64,000 bases of DNA from Clostridia bacterium (GCA_024403135.1 JAKSSK010000001.1:830-64829); one strand, 5' to 3'; counted from the stretch's first letter, positions 10,460 to 20,026 are shown. Numbers and translations are program-made. The notes: generated from the letters alone by a model not told the origin.

Positions 10460-12373
10460 TTAGTACATATTTCTGATGATATACTTTGCATTTAGTTCAA
10501 AAGCTGCTCTAGGATGATCCAGTTCATAGTCCCTATGATAAAACTCCTCAACGTACTGAGCTATTAGCTGTTCCTCATCCATGCCCTTTCTAGACAGGAT
10601 GAAATTCCTAACCTCACCTGCAGCTTCAATGTACTTATCTAAGTAGTTGAAATCCTTAGGTACCAGTCCATAGTGTGGTGAATAAAGGTATTCAACATCC
10701 AATTCCTTAAGCTTTTTAGCAGATTTTATGCTCTCATCATAGCTCTTAAGTATTGATGTGGATATGAAGTCCTTGTTTACCAAAACTCCTGTGCTTTCAG
10801 ATGTAAACAGGAACTTATCCTTTAGGATATAGAAGGAAAGAGAGCAGTCGGTGTGACCTGGTGTATGTATCACCTTTATACCTTCAATCTCATCTTCAAG
10901 TATCCTATCTATCCTAAAGTCCCTACTAGATATATCTACATCCACCTTGTTATTTACCATAGCAACCTTTCCAAGTTTTATGATTGTATCTATTGCTCCT
11001 TCGCTATTAAAGACATCTTTAACCTTACTAGCTCCGCATACTACAGCATCTGGATAAGCTTTAAGCACGTAAGGAAGAGCCCCAATGTGGTCATAGTGGC
11101 TGTGGCTAAGCAGGATGTAGTCTAGCTTTCTATCTCCTAGCACTTCCTTGATATTTTTAATTAATTTTTCGTGGCAGTAAGCCATTCCTGTATCGTATAG
11201 GAAGGACTTGCCGTTATGGAAGAAAAGTATGGATTCTCCTCCCAGGCCTGCAGTAACCCTGTGGTAGTTTTCAGGGTAGGCAAATCTGCTGTTTCCTCCA
11301 AAGTCTTCGAAGGTCTTTCTCCTATATACCTTTAACCAGTTAAAGAAGATCATGGCCATGATTACAAAGCCCAGATATCCCTCTGCTGGGAACATGTATG
11401 CAACCACCTTCTTAAAACCGAATAGGCCGCATAGGAATCCAATCCAGGCAACTATTATTACTATCCACTTCTTCTTAGGTCCGTTCTTAATCTTGGTGGT
11501 AAAGCCGTAGTAGTTTGAAGTTGCAGCTCCAAAGACTGCAAACAGCATTACAACCGTGTATATCAGGTTAAACAGATTTCCCATCTTTAGGGATAGGCCA
11601 AGCATTGGCATGTCTAAGCTCTGAGATAGACCTGGATCTGTAAGCATTGTGCTAACAAGTAGCAGTGCCAACATTCCAAGCAGCCATCCACCAAACATTG
11701 TTCCAAAGTAAGCTGTCTTCTCATCCTTTGCGTTGATGGAAGATGTGGCAACGATTGGTATCATGGCTAGGATATTGTATGAAATATATATCCAGGCTGC
11801 TAAGAACCAGTTAGGTGCCATAAGACTTGGTGTTGGTTCTTCAGTGATACCCGACATTGGATAATCTCCAAAAGTTACGAATACGCAAACCGTAATAACT
11901 ATTACAAACAGCACCGGCATGATGAATCTAAAGGTCTTAGATACCCTTTCGAACTCTCCTAGCACAGTAAGAAGTGTAAAAACGATTAAAACTATGCCGC
12001 CTAAAATCTTGGATAGTCCAAATTGCTGGCTGAATATGCTTCCTGCAGCACTTGACATAGTAATTAATACGGTAAACATAATGAAGGCCATGAAGTAGCC
12101 AAAGATGTCTATTAAAACAGGATTGTCACTTGGCACGATGACCTTACCCATATCGTTGGTATTAAGCTTTCTAGCTATATATGCTGTCATAAGGCCAAAG
12201 ATTACGAAAAGTATTGCAATTAGCCCTATTCCAATGTATCCCTTATCGCCAAAGACACCAAAAAATTGCCAGATTTCCCTACCTGAGGCAAATCCGGCTC
12301 CCATTATGGTTCCAACGTACATTATGGCTACCGAAAACATGGATAGCTTTTTATTCTTCGTCTTTGAATTCAT
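10460..12373 (-). CDS. Fusion protein: YkvI-like polytopic membrane permease (N-terminal ~350 aa) plus MBL-fold metallo-hydrolase (C-terminal ~280 aa)
   Basis: The N-terminus MYVGTIMGAGFASGREIWQFF resembles the B. subtilis YkvI family and is followed by ~10 hydrophobic helices. The C-terminus carries the MBL motif LLSHSHYDHIG and TPGHT. Confidence 0.7.
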   Translation of the reverse strand: MNSKTKNKKLSMFSVAIMYVGTIMGAGFASGREIWQFFGVFGDKGYIGIGLIAILFVIFGLMTAYIARKLNTNDMGKVIVPSDNPVLIDIFGYFMAFIMFTVLITMSSAAGSIFSQQFGLSKILGGIVLIVFTLLTVLGEFERVSKTFRFIMPVLFVIVITVCVFVTFGDYPMSGITEEPTPSLMAPNWFLAAWIYISYNILAMIPIVATSSINAKDEKTAYFGTMFGGWLLGMLALLLVSTMLTDPGLSQSLDMPMLGLSLKMGNLFNLIYTVVMLFAVFGAATSNYYGFTTKIKNGPKKKWIVIIVAWIGFLCGLFGFKKVVAYMFPAEGYLGFVIMAMIFFNWLKVYRRKTFEDFGGNSRFAYPENYHRVTAGLGGESILFFHNGKSFLYDTGMAYCHEKLIKNIKEVLGDRKLDYILLSHSHYDHIGALPYVLKAYPDAVVCGASKVKDVFNSEGAIDTIIKLGKVAMVNNKVDVDISSRDFRIDRILEDEIEGIKVIHTPGHTDCSLSFYILKDKFLFTSESTGVLVNKDFISTSILKSYDESIKSAKKLKELDVEYLYSPHYGLVPKDFNYLDKYIEAAGEVRNFILSRKGMDEEQLIAQYVEEFYHRDYELDHPRAAFELNAKYIIRNMY

Positions 12374-12938
12374 CGTCGTAAAGGAAATCCCCTTCCATGT
12401 CCAGCGTCTTTTCTGAATAGTTCTCTATATCTATTAAATCCTTGAAGCTCATCACGTAGTCCTCTAGAGGATAGCTTAGGAAGTTATCGAAGTAGTACTC
12501 GTACTTTTCTCCTCCTAGAGCCTCGCCTCTTGCGTTTACTAGAGCATCTCTAAGGTTTATATACTCTTTGCTGCCGTCTTCTAAGCTGATGCAATATGAG
12601 CTTTCAGAGTCAAGATAGTACTTTCTAAACTTAGCTATTTCATCTGCTAAAAGTAGATATGTGCTATCCTCATCGCAGTTTAATGCCATTCCTATCATTG
12701 AATTTCCAATGTTTGAAAGAAGCGTGTAAAGGTCTACCGACTCCCCAGGAATGTGGTTTGAAATATCGTCAAAGTAGTTTCTAACAATATCTGCAAAGTT
12801 CTTTAGGTCAATATTCTTTAAAAGCATATATATTTCATCCGCGGAGATTTCTTCATCGGATTCTATTAGATTTTGAAAATCCTCAAAGTACTCAAATTCA
12901 CTGTATTCATCTATTCCAATTACTTTTAACAAACTCAT
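12351..12938 (-). CDS. Highly acidic hypothetical protein
   Basis: 195 aa with about 48 D/E against about 14 K/R by my count. AAGGAG RBS upstream. Its 3' end overlaps the start of the permease-MBL ORF by 23 nt. Confidence 0.6.
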   Translation of the reverse strand: MSLLKVIGIDEYSEFEYFEDFQNLIESDEEISADEIYMLLKNIDLKNFADIVRNYFDDISNHIPGESVDLYTLLSNIGNSMIGMALNCDEDSTYLLLADEIAKFRKYYLDSESSYCISLEDGSKEYINLRDALVNARGEALGGEKYEYYFDNFLSYPLEDYVMSFKDLIDIENYSEKTLDMEGDFLYDDEFKDEE

Positions 12939-12956
12939 TTAATTAAGTCTCCTTTG

Positions 12957-12965
12957 TGATATAAT
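12957..12965 (+). promoter_or_regulatory. Extended -10 promoter element for pepF
   Basis: TGATATAAT matches TGnTATAAT, 36 nt upstream of the pepF ATG, with an AGGAG RBS in between. Confidence 0.5.
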
Positions 12966-13000
12966 GTTACCTAGAATATTATACAACATAGGAGAAGAAA

Positions 13001-14761
13001 ATGGGAAATAAAAGTAGAGATCAAATAGAAGATAGATATAAATGGAAGATTGAGAAGATGTTTCCTAACGAGGAAGACTTCGATGTACAGCTAAACCAGT
13101 CGGTAGATATGTCAAAGGACTATCTTAAATACCAGGGAAATGTGTTAGAAAACCTTTACCAGGCATTAAAAGATAAGGATGAAATCTACCAGCTTGCTGA
13201 AAGATGCTACGTATACGCTAGAATGAGGCAAGACGAGGATAACAGAGTGGATAAATACCAGGGAATGCTATCTAAGGTGGAATCTAGCCTAGCTACAATA
13301 AGCGCTAACCTATCCTTCATGATTCCAGAGCTTCTTTCAAACAGCAAGGAAGAAATATTAAATGCTTTTGAAAAGGAGCCAAAACTAGAGCAGTATAGGC
13401 ACATGATCATGGATATGCTTAGAGAGCAGGAACACGTACTTTCTGAAAAGGAGGAAAACATTCTTGCTAACCTAGGTGAAGTTTTAGATGCTCCTCACGA
13501 TATATATTCCATGCTTAATAACGCTGACCTTAAGTTTGGCACACTATCCGATGGCACTACCCTAACCCACGGAAACTATATCTCCATCATGCAAGGTGAA
13601 GATAGATCCTTAAGAAAAGAAGCCTTTGAAGCAATGTATATGGCATATATGAACCTTGCTAACACCATTTCAAAGGCATATTCATATAACGTAAAAACTG
13701 ATGTAATTGGTGCAAGGCTTAGAAAGTACTCCTCTGCTAGAGAGGCTGCACTATCCTCTGGCAACATCCCACAGTCCGTATACGATAACCTAATCGAAAC
13801 CGTTCACTCCTACCTTCCTTGTATGAAGAAGTACATGGAAATTCGTAAGAAGGTTCTAGGAGTAGATGAACTAAAGATGTACGACGTATACGTTCCAATG
13901 TTTAAGAACCCTTACGGAGAAATACCTTTTGAAGAAGGGGTAAAGATCGTTAAGGAAGCATTAAAACCTATGGGTGATGAATACGTAAATAGACTTGCTA
14001 AAGGAGTTGAATCAGGCTGGATAGACGTTTACGAAAATGAAGGAAAGACATCTGGAGCATATAGCTTTGGTAGCTACGATTCAGACCCATACATCCTTTG
14101 TAACTACGATAACAAGCTGGGCGATGTTTTTACCATCATCCATGAGCTTGGTCACTCCATGCACTCAAGCTACACCAGAGAGAACCAACCTTTCTGCTAC
14201 GGAGATCACAGCATATTCACAGCTGAGGTTGCATCAACGGTAAATGAAAGCTTGCTTATCAAGCACCTTCTAAAGGATGAACAGGATGTAGAAAAGAGAA
14301 AGTATCTAATCAACTACTACCTTGAAGAGTTTAGGACCACCCTGTTTCGCCAGACCATGTTCGCTGAGTTTGAGCACATCTGCCATAAGGAAATAGAGAG
14401 TGGCGGAGCTTTAACCACAAAGTGGATGAATGAAAAGTATGAGGAGTTAAACAATAAATACTTTGCAGGAGCAGTAGCAAAGGATGACTTTATCCAGTAC
14501 GAATGGATGAGAATACCTCATTTTTACAGATCATTTTACGTATACCAGTACGCTACAGGATACTCTGCAGCTACTGCAATTTCAGAGAAGATCCTTGCTG
14601 AAGGACCAGAAAAATATATTGAGTTCTTAAAGACAGGTTCTTCAGACTACCCTGTTGAGCTACTTAAGATTGCAGGTTTGGATATGTCAAGCCCAGAGCC
14701 AATAGTAATGGCCATGGAAACATTTCAGAACTTAGTTGAAGAATTGGAAAAACTATTGTAA
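13001..14761 (+). CDS. pepF: Oligoendopeptidase F (M3B)
   Basis: 586 aa with zinc motif IIHELGHSMH and family-typical length. Confidence 0.9.
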   Translation: MGNKSRDQIEDRYKWKIEKMFPNEEDFDVQLNQSVDMSKDYLKYQGNVLENLYQALKDKDEIYQLAERCYVYARMRQDEDNRVDKYQGMLSKVESSLATISANLSFMIPELLSNSKEEILNAFEKEPKLEQYRHMIMDMLREQEHVLSEKEENILANLGEVLDAPHDIYSMLNNADLKFGTLSDGTTLTHGNYISIMQGEDRSLRKEAFEAMYMAYMNLANTISKAYSYNVKTDVIGARLRKYSSAREAALSSGNIPQSVYDNLIETVHSYLPCMKKYMEIRKKVLGVDELKMYDVYVPMFKNPYGEIPFEEGVKIVKEALKPMGDEYVNRLAKGVESGWIDVYENEGKTSGAYSFGSYDSDPYILCNYDNKLGDVFTIIHELGHSMHSSYTRENQPFCYGDHSIFTAEVASTVNESLLIKHLLKDEQDVEKRKYLINYYLEEFRTTLFRQTMFAEFEHICHKEIESGGALTTKWMNEKYEELNNKYFAGAVAKDDFIQYEWMRIPHFYRSFYVYQYATGYSAATAISEKILAEGPEKYIEFLKTGSSDYPVELLKIAGLDMSSPEPIVMAMETFQNLVEELEKLL

Positions 14762-14771
14762 ACTTAAGCCT

Positions 14772-15575
14772 ATGGAAAGAAAAGTATTGATATTTACAAA
14801 TAGCTCGGAGGTTTCTGAGGAAACTAAGAACTGCCTGGTTTCAAAGCTAAATAAAAGCGGCTTTGAAATTACAGATGTTCTAGATGAAAAGGTTGAACTT
14901 GCCTTCTGCATCGGTGGAGATGGCACCCTTCTATCCTTTTTAAACACCTACGATATGCCTCAGGTACCAATTATCGGGATTAATACGGGAAGTCTTGGCT
15001 TCTTCCAGGAAATCTTACCTGAAGATATAGACTACTTCTTAGATAACTATCAGAGGGGTAAGTACTCTGTTCAGACCCTTCACACAGTAAAGGCCAGCAT
15101 CAATACTAGCCACGGTGAAGTTATCCAGTACGGTCTAAATGAGATTGCAATTAAGAGTGGAAACACCTTCCCACTTCACCTTGATCTATCCATCGGCGGA
15201 AGCCCAATAGAAAGATTTTCAGGAGATGGTCTATTGGTATGCACTCCTGCAGGAAGTACAGCATATAACTATAGCCTGGGAGGCAGCATTGTAGATCCTA
15301 GAATTAAGATGCTTCAGGTAACCCCTATTGCACCTCTTAACACTACGGCTTACCGCTCATTTACATCAAGCATCCTGCTTCCTTACGACCTAAGGCTTGG
15401 CATTAAGCCAAACTACAACAAGCAGGACACAAAGATTGAAATACTTCACGATGGTTTTTCCACCGTATACGAAGACATTGAAGGAATTAACATATTCTTT
15501 TCAGATAAAAGCGTACACCTAATTAGATTAAACAACTACGACTTCTGGTCCAAGGTTAAAAGTAAATTCCTATGA
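14772..15575 (+). CDS. nadK: NAD kinase
   Basis: GGDGT motif (CIGGDGTLLSF) and STAYNYSLGG. Start moved to MERKVLIF, downstream of the pepF stop. Confidence 0.9.
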   Translation: MERKVLIFTNSSEVSEETKNCLVSKLNKSGFEITDVLDEKVELAFCIGGDGTLLSFLNTYDMPQVPIIGINTGSLGFFQEILPEDIDYFLDNYQRGKYSVQTLHTVKASINTSHGEVIQYGLNEIAIKSGNTFPLHLDLSIGGSPIERFSGDGLLVCTPAGSTAYNYSLGGSIVDPRIKMLQVTPIAPLNTTAYRSFTSSILLPYDLRLGIKPNYNKQDTKIEILHDGFSTVYEDIEGINIFFSDKSVHLIRLNNYDFWSKVKSKFL

Positions 15576-16453
15576 CAGATTTTAAATACGTAATACAAGA
15601 AGAAGATAAGGAGCTCCACATCAAGGGGCTCCTTAAAAGTAAATTTAAATATTCATCTAGGCAGCTTACCAAGATAAAGTTTAACGATCTATGCTACTTA
15701 AACGGTGAATCTGTTCCCCTTTGGATTACTCCAAATGCAGGAGATGAGCTTGTAATTAAGCAGCTAGAGGAAGCATCAGACTTTCCTATGGAGGATATAC
15801 CTATCTATCCTGTATACGAGGATGAAAATATCCTGGTGATAAACAAGCAGCCTGGATACGTGGTTCACCCTACTAAGGGACAGCCAAATCACACCATAGC
15901 TAATGGCCTAATGAAGTACATGGCTGACACAGATCAAAACTTCAAGGTTAGATTTGTAAACAGACTGGATAGAGATACTTCTGGACTACTTATCGTGGCT
16001 AAGAATGCATATAGCCAGGATCAATTATCCCATCAGCATATGCATAAGGAGTATAAAGCCATAGTTAAGGGAGAATTCATAGAAGATAATGGCACCATAG
16101 ATATCCCTATAGGAAGACCTGACCCAGATAACGTAATGCGAGGTGTTATGGAAGATGGATATCCTTCTATCACCCACTACAGCGTACTTGAAAGGTTTAA
16201 GGGATATACCTTGGTAGGACTTAAACTAGAAACAGGTAGAACCCACCAGATAAGGGTACACATGAACCACATAGGCCATCCTGTGCTAGGAGATTCACTT
16301 TACGATGATTACTCAGATCTTATCCCAAGACAGGCCCTTCACGCCTTTAAGCTAGAGTTTAAACATCCTGTTACAGGTGAAAGTTTAAGCTTAACCGCTG
16401 ACCTACCAAAAGACATGGAAAATGTAATATACACACTAAAAAACGACTGCTAA
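15572..16453 (+). CDS. RluA-family 23S rRNA pseudouridine synthase (RluD-like)
   Basis: Catalytic motif VNRLDRDTSGLLIVAK and GRTHQIRVH; ATGA overlap with nadK. Confidence 0.9.
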   Translation: MTDFKYVIQEEDKELHIKGLLKSKFKYSSRQLTKIKFNDLCYLNGESVPLWITPNAGDELVIKQLEEASDFPMEDIPIYPVYEDENILVINKQPGYVVHPTKGQPNHTIANGLMKYMADTDQNFKVRFVNRLDRDTSGLLIVAKNAYSQDQLSHQHMHKEYKAIVKGEFIEDNGTIDIPIGRPDPDNVMRGVMEDGYPSITHYSVLERFKGYTLVGLKLETGRTHQIRVHMNHIGHPVLGDSLYDDYSDLIPRQALHAFKLEFKHPVTGESLSLTADLPKDMENVIYTLKNDC

Positions 16454-16464
16454 ATGCAGTCGTT
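16442..16464. terminator. Bidirectional hairpin spanning the overlapping stops of the convergent rlu and murE genes
   Basis: Perfect 9-bp inverted repeat AACGACTGC / GCAGTCGTT with a 5-nt loop holding both stop codons. A-run on one side and a T-rich stretch on the other. Confidence 0.55.
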
Positions 16465-17919
16465 CATTATTTCTATATCACTCTTTACGGTGTAGTACTT
16501 ACCTTTACGCATTATGGTTGTATCTGCACCTTTTCCTGTTATCATTACAACTTCGCCCTTCTTTGCTGTTTCAAAGGCATATCTAATTGCCTCTTCCCTG
16601 TTTTCAATGATGATTACCTCTACGTCCTTGTTGGTAACGTAGCTCTTTATCTCCTCACAGATTGCTAGGTTATCGTCAAAGCCTGGATCTTCCTCTGTAA
16701 GGATGATTCTATTTGCAAAGGTCTGAGTTACCGCAGTGCAGTCCTTTCTCCTGTTAATTCCCTTTCCACCAGAACCTCCATATACGCATGTATATCTTCC
16801 GTCAGGTTTTAAGGTTAAAACTGTGTGCTTTAAGGCTTCAAAGCTTACGGTGTTATGAGCAAAGTCCACTATTCCAAGCACATCACGATCTAAATCGTAC
16901 TTGATGTTCATTCTTCCAGGAATGAATATATCCTTTAAAGCTTCTTTTATTGTCTCAAGGCTAACTCCCATGTCACAGGCTATTGCAGATGCACATAGAG
17001 CGTTTGAAATGTTAAATTCACCTATCATTGGAATGAATATATCTATCTCGCCCTTAGGAGCTGCTAGCGTAAAGTAGATGCCAGATAGATCTGACCTTAC
17101 GTTTGTTGCTGTATAGTCTGCTACTGTCATTCCGTAGGTAATAACGTCACTAGCCTTTTCCATTATCCTCTTACGGTTATCTAGCTCAATATCCATATTG
17201 ACCACAGCCTTTTTGCACTGTCCCATCAGGATAAGCTTAGATGAGAAGTAGTCCTCAAAGTCTTCGTGCTCGCCTTCAGATATGTGGTCGTTAGATATGT
17301 TAGTAAATGCACCGTAATCGTAGGTGATGCCGTATGTCCTGTGATACTTTAAGGCCTGTGAAGAAACTTCCATCAAGCATGTATCCACCTTGTTTTCAAC
17401 CATCTTTTGGAAAAGCTGGTGTAGTTCAAAGGTTTCAGGAGTTGTTAAAAGAGCCTCCTCTTCCTTTTCACCATCAAAGGTTACTACGCTAGATAGAAAA
17501 CCTATTCTCTTCTTTTTATGAAGCTCTAATATGCTCTTTAGATAGTATGATACGGTTGTCTTACCCTTAGTTCCAGTAAGTCCTATCATGGTCATTTGCT
17601 GCCATACATTTTTGTAGAAAAGATTAGCAATTTCAGCCATAGCTTTTCTAGCATCCGTAACCTTGATATATGACCTATCGTATTCCTCTTCTGGAGTAAA
17701 TTCAGGGCCATATACAAAGCAGAATGCCTTTTCTAAAGCTGCTTTAAGGTATTCCTCCTTAAAGGAAGCACCCTTACACATGAATAGAGTGCCTTCATCC
17801 ACATCCTTAGAGTTATATGAAATTTTGCCTACTTCCTTTTGAAGGTCAAAGTCGTTTACATCCATAAACTGGATAAGTTCTTTTTCCTGAAGCAGATCTA
17901 CATAATCCTTAAATTTCAA
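16450..17919 (-). CDS. murE: UDP-MurNAc-L-Ala-D-Glu:diamino acid ligase
   Basis: Mur ligase P-loop GLTGTKGKTT. The DAP-specifying DNPR position reads EDPG. Confidence 0.88.
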   Translation of the reverse strand: MKFKDYVDLLQEKELIQFMDVNDFDLQKEVGKISYNSKDVDEGTLFMCKGASFKEEYLKAALEKAFCFVYGPEFTPEEEYDRSYIKVTDARKAMAEIANLFYKNVWQQMTMIGLTGTKGKTTVSYYLKSILELHKKKRIGFLSSVVTFDGEKEEEALLTTPETFELHQLFQKMVENKVDTCLMEVSSQALKYHRTYGITYDYGAFTNISNDHISEGEHEDFEDYFSSKLILMGQCKKAVVNMDIELDNRKRIMEKASDVITYGMTVADYTATNVRSDLSGIYFTLAAPKGEIDIFIPMIGEFNISNALCASAIACDMGVSLETIKEALKDIFIPGRMNIKYDLDRDVLGIVDFAHNTVSFEALKHTVLTLKPDGRYTCVYGGSGGKGINRRKDCTAVTQTFANRIILTEEDPGFDDNLAICEEIKSYVTNKDVEVIIIENREEAIRYAFETAKKGEVVMITGKGADTTIMRKGKYYTVKSDIEIMNDCI

Positions 17920-18649
17920 CTGTCTCCTCCACTATTAATAAATCATGGAAATGTGCCTCTGTAACGTAGATGTATACCATTACTACAGATGTTGGAATGT
18001 ATCCAATGATTGATATTATCTGAGTGAAATATCCGCTGCCAAGTACTCCTGAAGAAATCCCTATTACAGCAGATGTTATTACTGATGCAACTATTATCCA
18101 GCCAATAAATGATATTACAAGATAGAACAGGTTCATCTTGTTTCCTCTCATCATCATCTTACTTTCCTCTATGCACTGCATAACGCCCTTTGAATGATCG
18201 TCAAACAGGATAAAGTAAGCCTGGCTGTAGTTAAGGGCTGCGATGATTCCAGGAACTACAAGTAGTAGTGACCAAAGTATGATCTTGATAGCCATAACTA
18301 TTCCAAGTAATAGCACTTTGCCGTAGAACTCAAAGCCAGAAAAGATTAGATCAAGCTTAACAGTCCTTTCTCTAGCTATAACTATTGCAAATGCAATGAT
18401 ACCAAATGTGAAAATTGGTGTTGTTAGAAAATCGTACAGGTTACCTGAGATGATGAAGTTTACTGTCTGCCCGTATACATCCATAAGCTGAATTGAGTTA
18501 TCCACAGCTAGGTTAAGTACATTTCTAATGAATATTGTAAGGATATAGAATAAGACAAATCCTAATGTACCCTCTTTCCAGTTATTTCTTAAAGAATCCT
18601 TAGCAAGGCTCTTCATGTATGCCGTAGATTCCGTTACAACTCTGTACAT
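17909..18649 (-). CDS. DUF975-like integral membrane protein
   Basis: Polytopic hydrophobic protein with an N-terminus (AKDSLRNNWKEG) resembling DUF975; overlaps the murE start. Confidence 0.55.
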   Translation of the reverse strand: MYRVVTESTAYMKSLAKDSLRNNWKEGTLGFVLFYILTIFIRNVLNLAVDNSIQLMDVYGQTVNFIISGNLYDFLTTPIFTFGIIAFAIVIARERTVKLDLIFSGFEFYGKVLLLGIVMAIKIILWSLLLVVPGIIAALNYSQAYFILFDDHSKGVMQCIEESKMMMRGNKMNLFYLVISFIGWIIVASVITSAVIGISSGVLGSGYFTQIISIIGYIPTSVVMVYIYVTEAHFHDLLIVEETVEI

Positions 18650-18735
18650 AAAATAAACCCTTTCTTTTTATTCAATACTTGATATAATATATTATATAAA
18701 AACATAAAGAGTATTTCAACAAAGGATGTGATTTT

Positions 18736-19356
18736 ATGAGTAAAGCTTTAATCATTTCTTCATACGGAGAACACCTTAACAAGATAGATTTTGAAAGCCT
18801 TCAATACGACCACGTAATATGCGCTGATGCAGGCTACCTGGTTGCTAAGGACTTAGGCTTAAAGCCAGATACCTTAATCGGAGACTTCGATTCCATGGAT
18901 GCTCCTGATGATCTTGATGCCATCGTTCTTCCAAAGGAAAAGGACTTAACAGATTCAGAAGCTGCCTTTGACTGGGCTGTAAGACACGGCTTTACAGCAA
19001 TTACTATGATCGGTGGTCTAGGCGGAAGATTCGACCATACCATGGGTAACATTGGACTACTTGCAAAGTATACAAAGGCTAAGATTAACGTTAACATCAT
19101 CGATGGTCAAAACAAGGTATACATGCTTCGTCCTGGCATCCACCAGATTAAGAAGGATGGATACAAGTACTTAGGGCTATTAAGCTACGATACTGCTACT
19201 AAGGGAATCACCCTTGAAGGAGTAAAGTATCCTGTTAAGAATGAGATTCTTTCAAACGACACCACTTACGGTGTAAGTAACGAGATTACAAAAGATGAGG
19301 CAAAGCTATCCTTTACACAAGGTATGCTTCTTGTAATTCAAACTAAAGATATTTAA
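18736..19356 (+). CDS. thiN: Thiamine pyrophosphokinase
   Basis: Motifs GDFDS, EKDLTDSE and GGLGGRFDH typical of TPK; lies next to the TPP riboswitch and thiT. Confidence 0.85.
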   Translation: MSKALIISSYGEHLNKIDFESLQYDHVICADAGYLVAKDLGLKPDTLIGDFDSMDAPDDLDAIVLPKEKDLTDSEAAFDWAVRHGFTAITMIGGLGGRFDHTMGNIGLLAKYTKAKINVNIIDGQNKVYMLRPGIHQIKKDGYKYLGLLSYDTATKGITLEGVKYPVKNEILSNDTTYGVSNEITKDEAKLSFTQGMLLVIQTKDI

Positions 19357-19363
19357 TAATATG

Positions 19364-19475
19364 CTAGGGGAGCTTAAGCTGAGAAAGGATTTTTCCTGAC
19401 CCTTATAACCTGACGTGGATAATCCCACCGTAGGAAAGTTTAAACACCCCTCTAGTATTTTACTGGAGGTTTTTT
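19364..19475 (+). promoter_or_regulatory. TPP (THI-box) riboswitch with an SD-sequestering expression platform
   Basis: CTAGGGGAGC...GCTGAGA...ACCCTTATAACCTGACGTGGATAATCCCACCGTAGGAA matches the THI-box consensus. Downstream, CCTCTAG (19449-19455) can pair with CTGGAGG (19463-19469), which contains the thiT RBS. Confidence 0.9.
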
Positions 19476-19985
19476 ATGTCAAAGAAATTAACACTGTCGG
19501 CCCTTTTATGTGCCCTCTCCTTTGCCCTAGGGCTAATCAAGATATTCCATATGCCTCAAGGCGGAGATGTAACCCTATTATCCATGCTTCCTGTAGCCTT
19601 AGCTGGCTATCTGATGGGACCTAGAAACGGAGTGCTAGTAGGCGTAGCTACTGGAATACTTAATCTAATGATCACTCCTTTTGTGGTTCACCCTATCCAG
19701 CTAATCTTAGACTATATCGTAGCATTTGGAGTATTAGGCCTAGCAGGTATATTTAGAAATAGCCTTGCCAAGGGATATATCTTTGGTCTATCACTAAGGT
19801 ATATCGTGGCATCAATATCTGGCATAGTATTCTTTTCAAGCTATTTTCCTGAAGGAGTAAACGTGGTAGCTTTCTCCCTATGGTACAACCTTATCTACCT
19901 TGGAATTGAAGGAATTTTAACCTTAATCCTAATCCTAATTCCATCGGTAAATAAAGCATTTAGTGGCTTGAAAAAGCAAATATAA
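19476..19985 (+). CDS. thiT: Thiamine transporter ThiT (ECF S-component type)
   Basis: 169-aa, 6-TM small membrane protein directly controlled by a TPP riboswitch. Confidence 0.75.
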   Translation: MSKKLTLSALLCALSFALGLIKIFHMPQGGDVTLLSMLPVALAGYLMGPRNGVLVGVATGILNLMITPFVVHPIQLILDYIVAFGVLGLAGIFRNSLAKGYIFGLSLRYIVASISGIVFFSSYFPEGVNVVAFSLWYNLIYLGIEGILTLILILIPSVNKAFSGLKKQI

Positions 19986-20026
19986 AATGTTACATTTAAA
20001 ATATATTAAAGAAAGGAACTATAGCT

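Noticed and set aside
19415-19624. 69-aa ORF starting inside the TPP riboswitch.
   Set aside because: It overlaps the riboswitch aptamer and is out of frame with the well-supported thiT ORF, which has the SD sequence.
19925-19945. Short CTAATC-type microrepeat (ccttaatcctaatcctaatt).
   Set aside because: It lies within thiT and encodes a hydrophobic LILILI helix segment. It is too short to be meaningful as a repeat.
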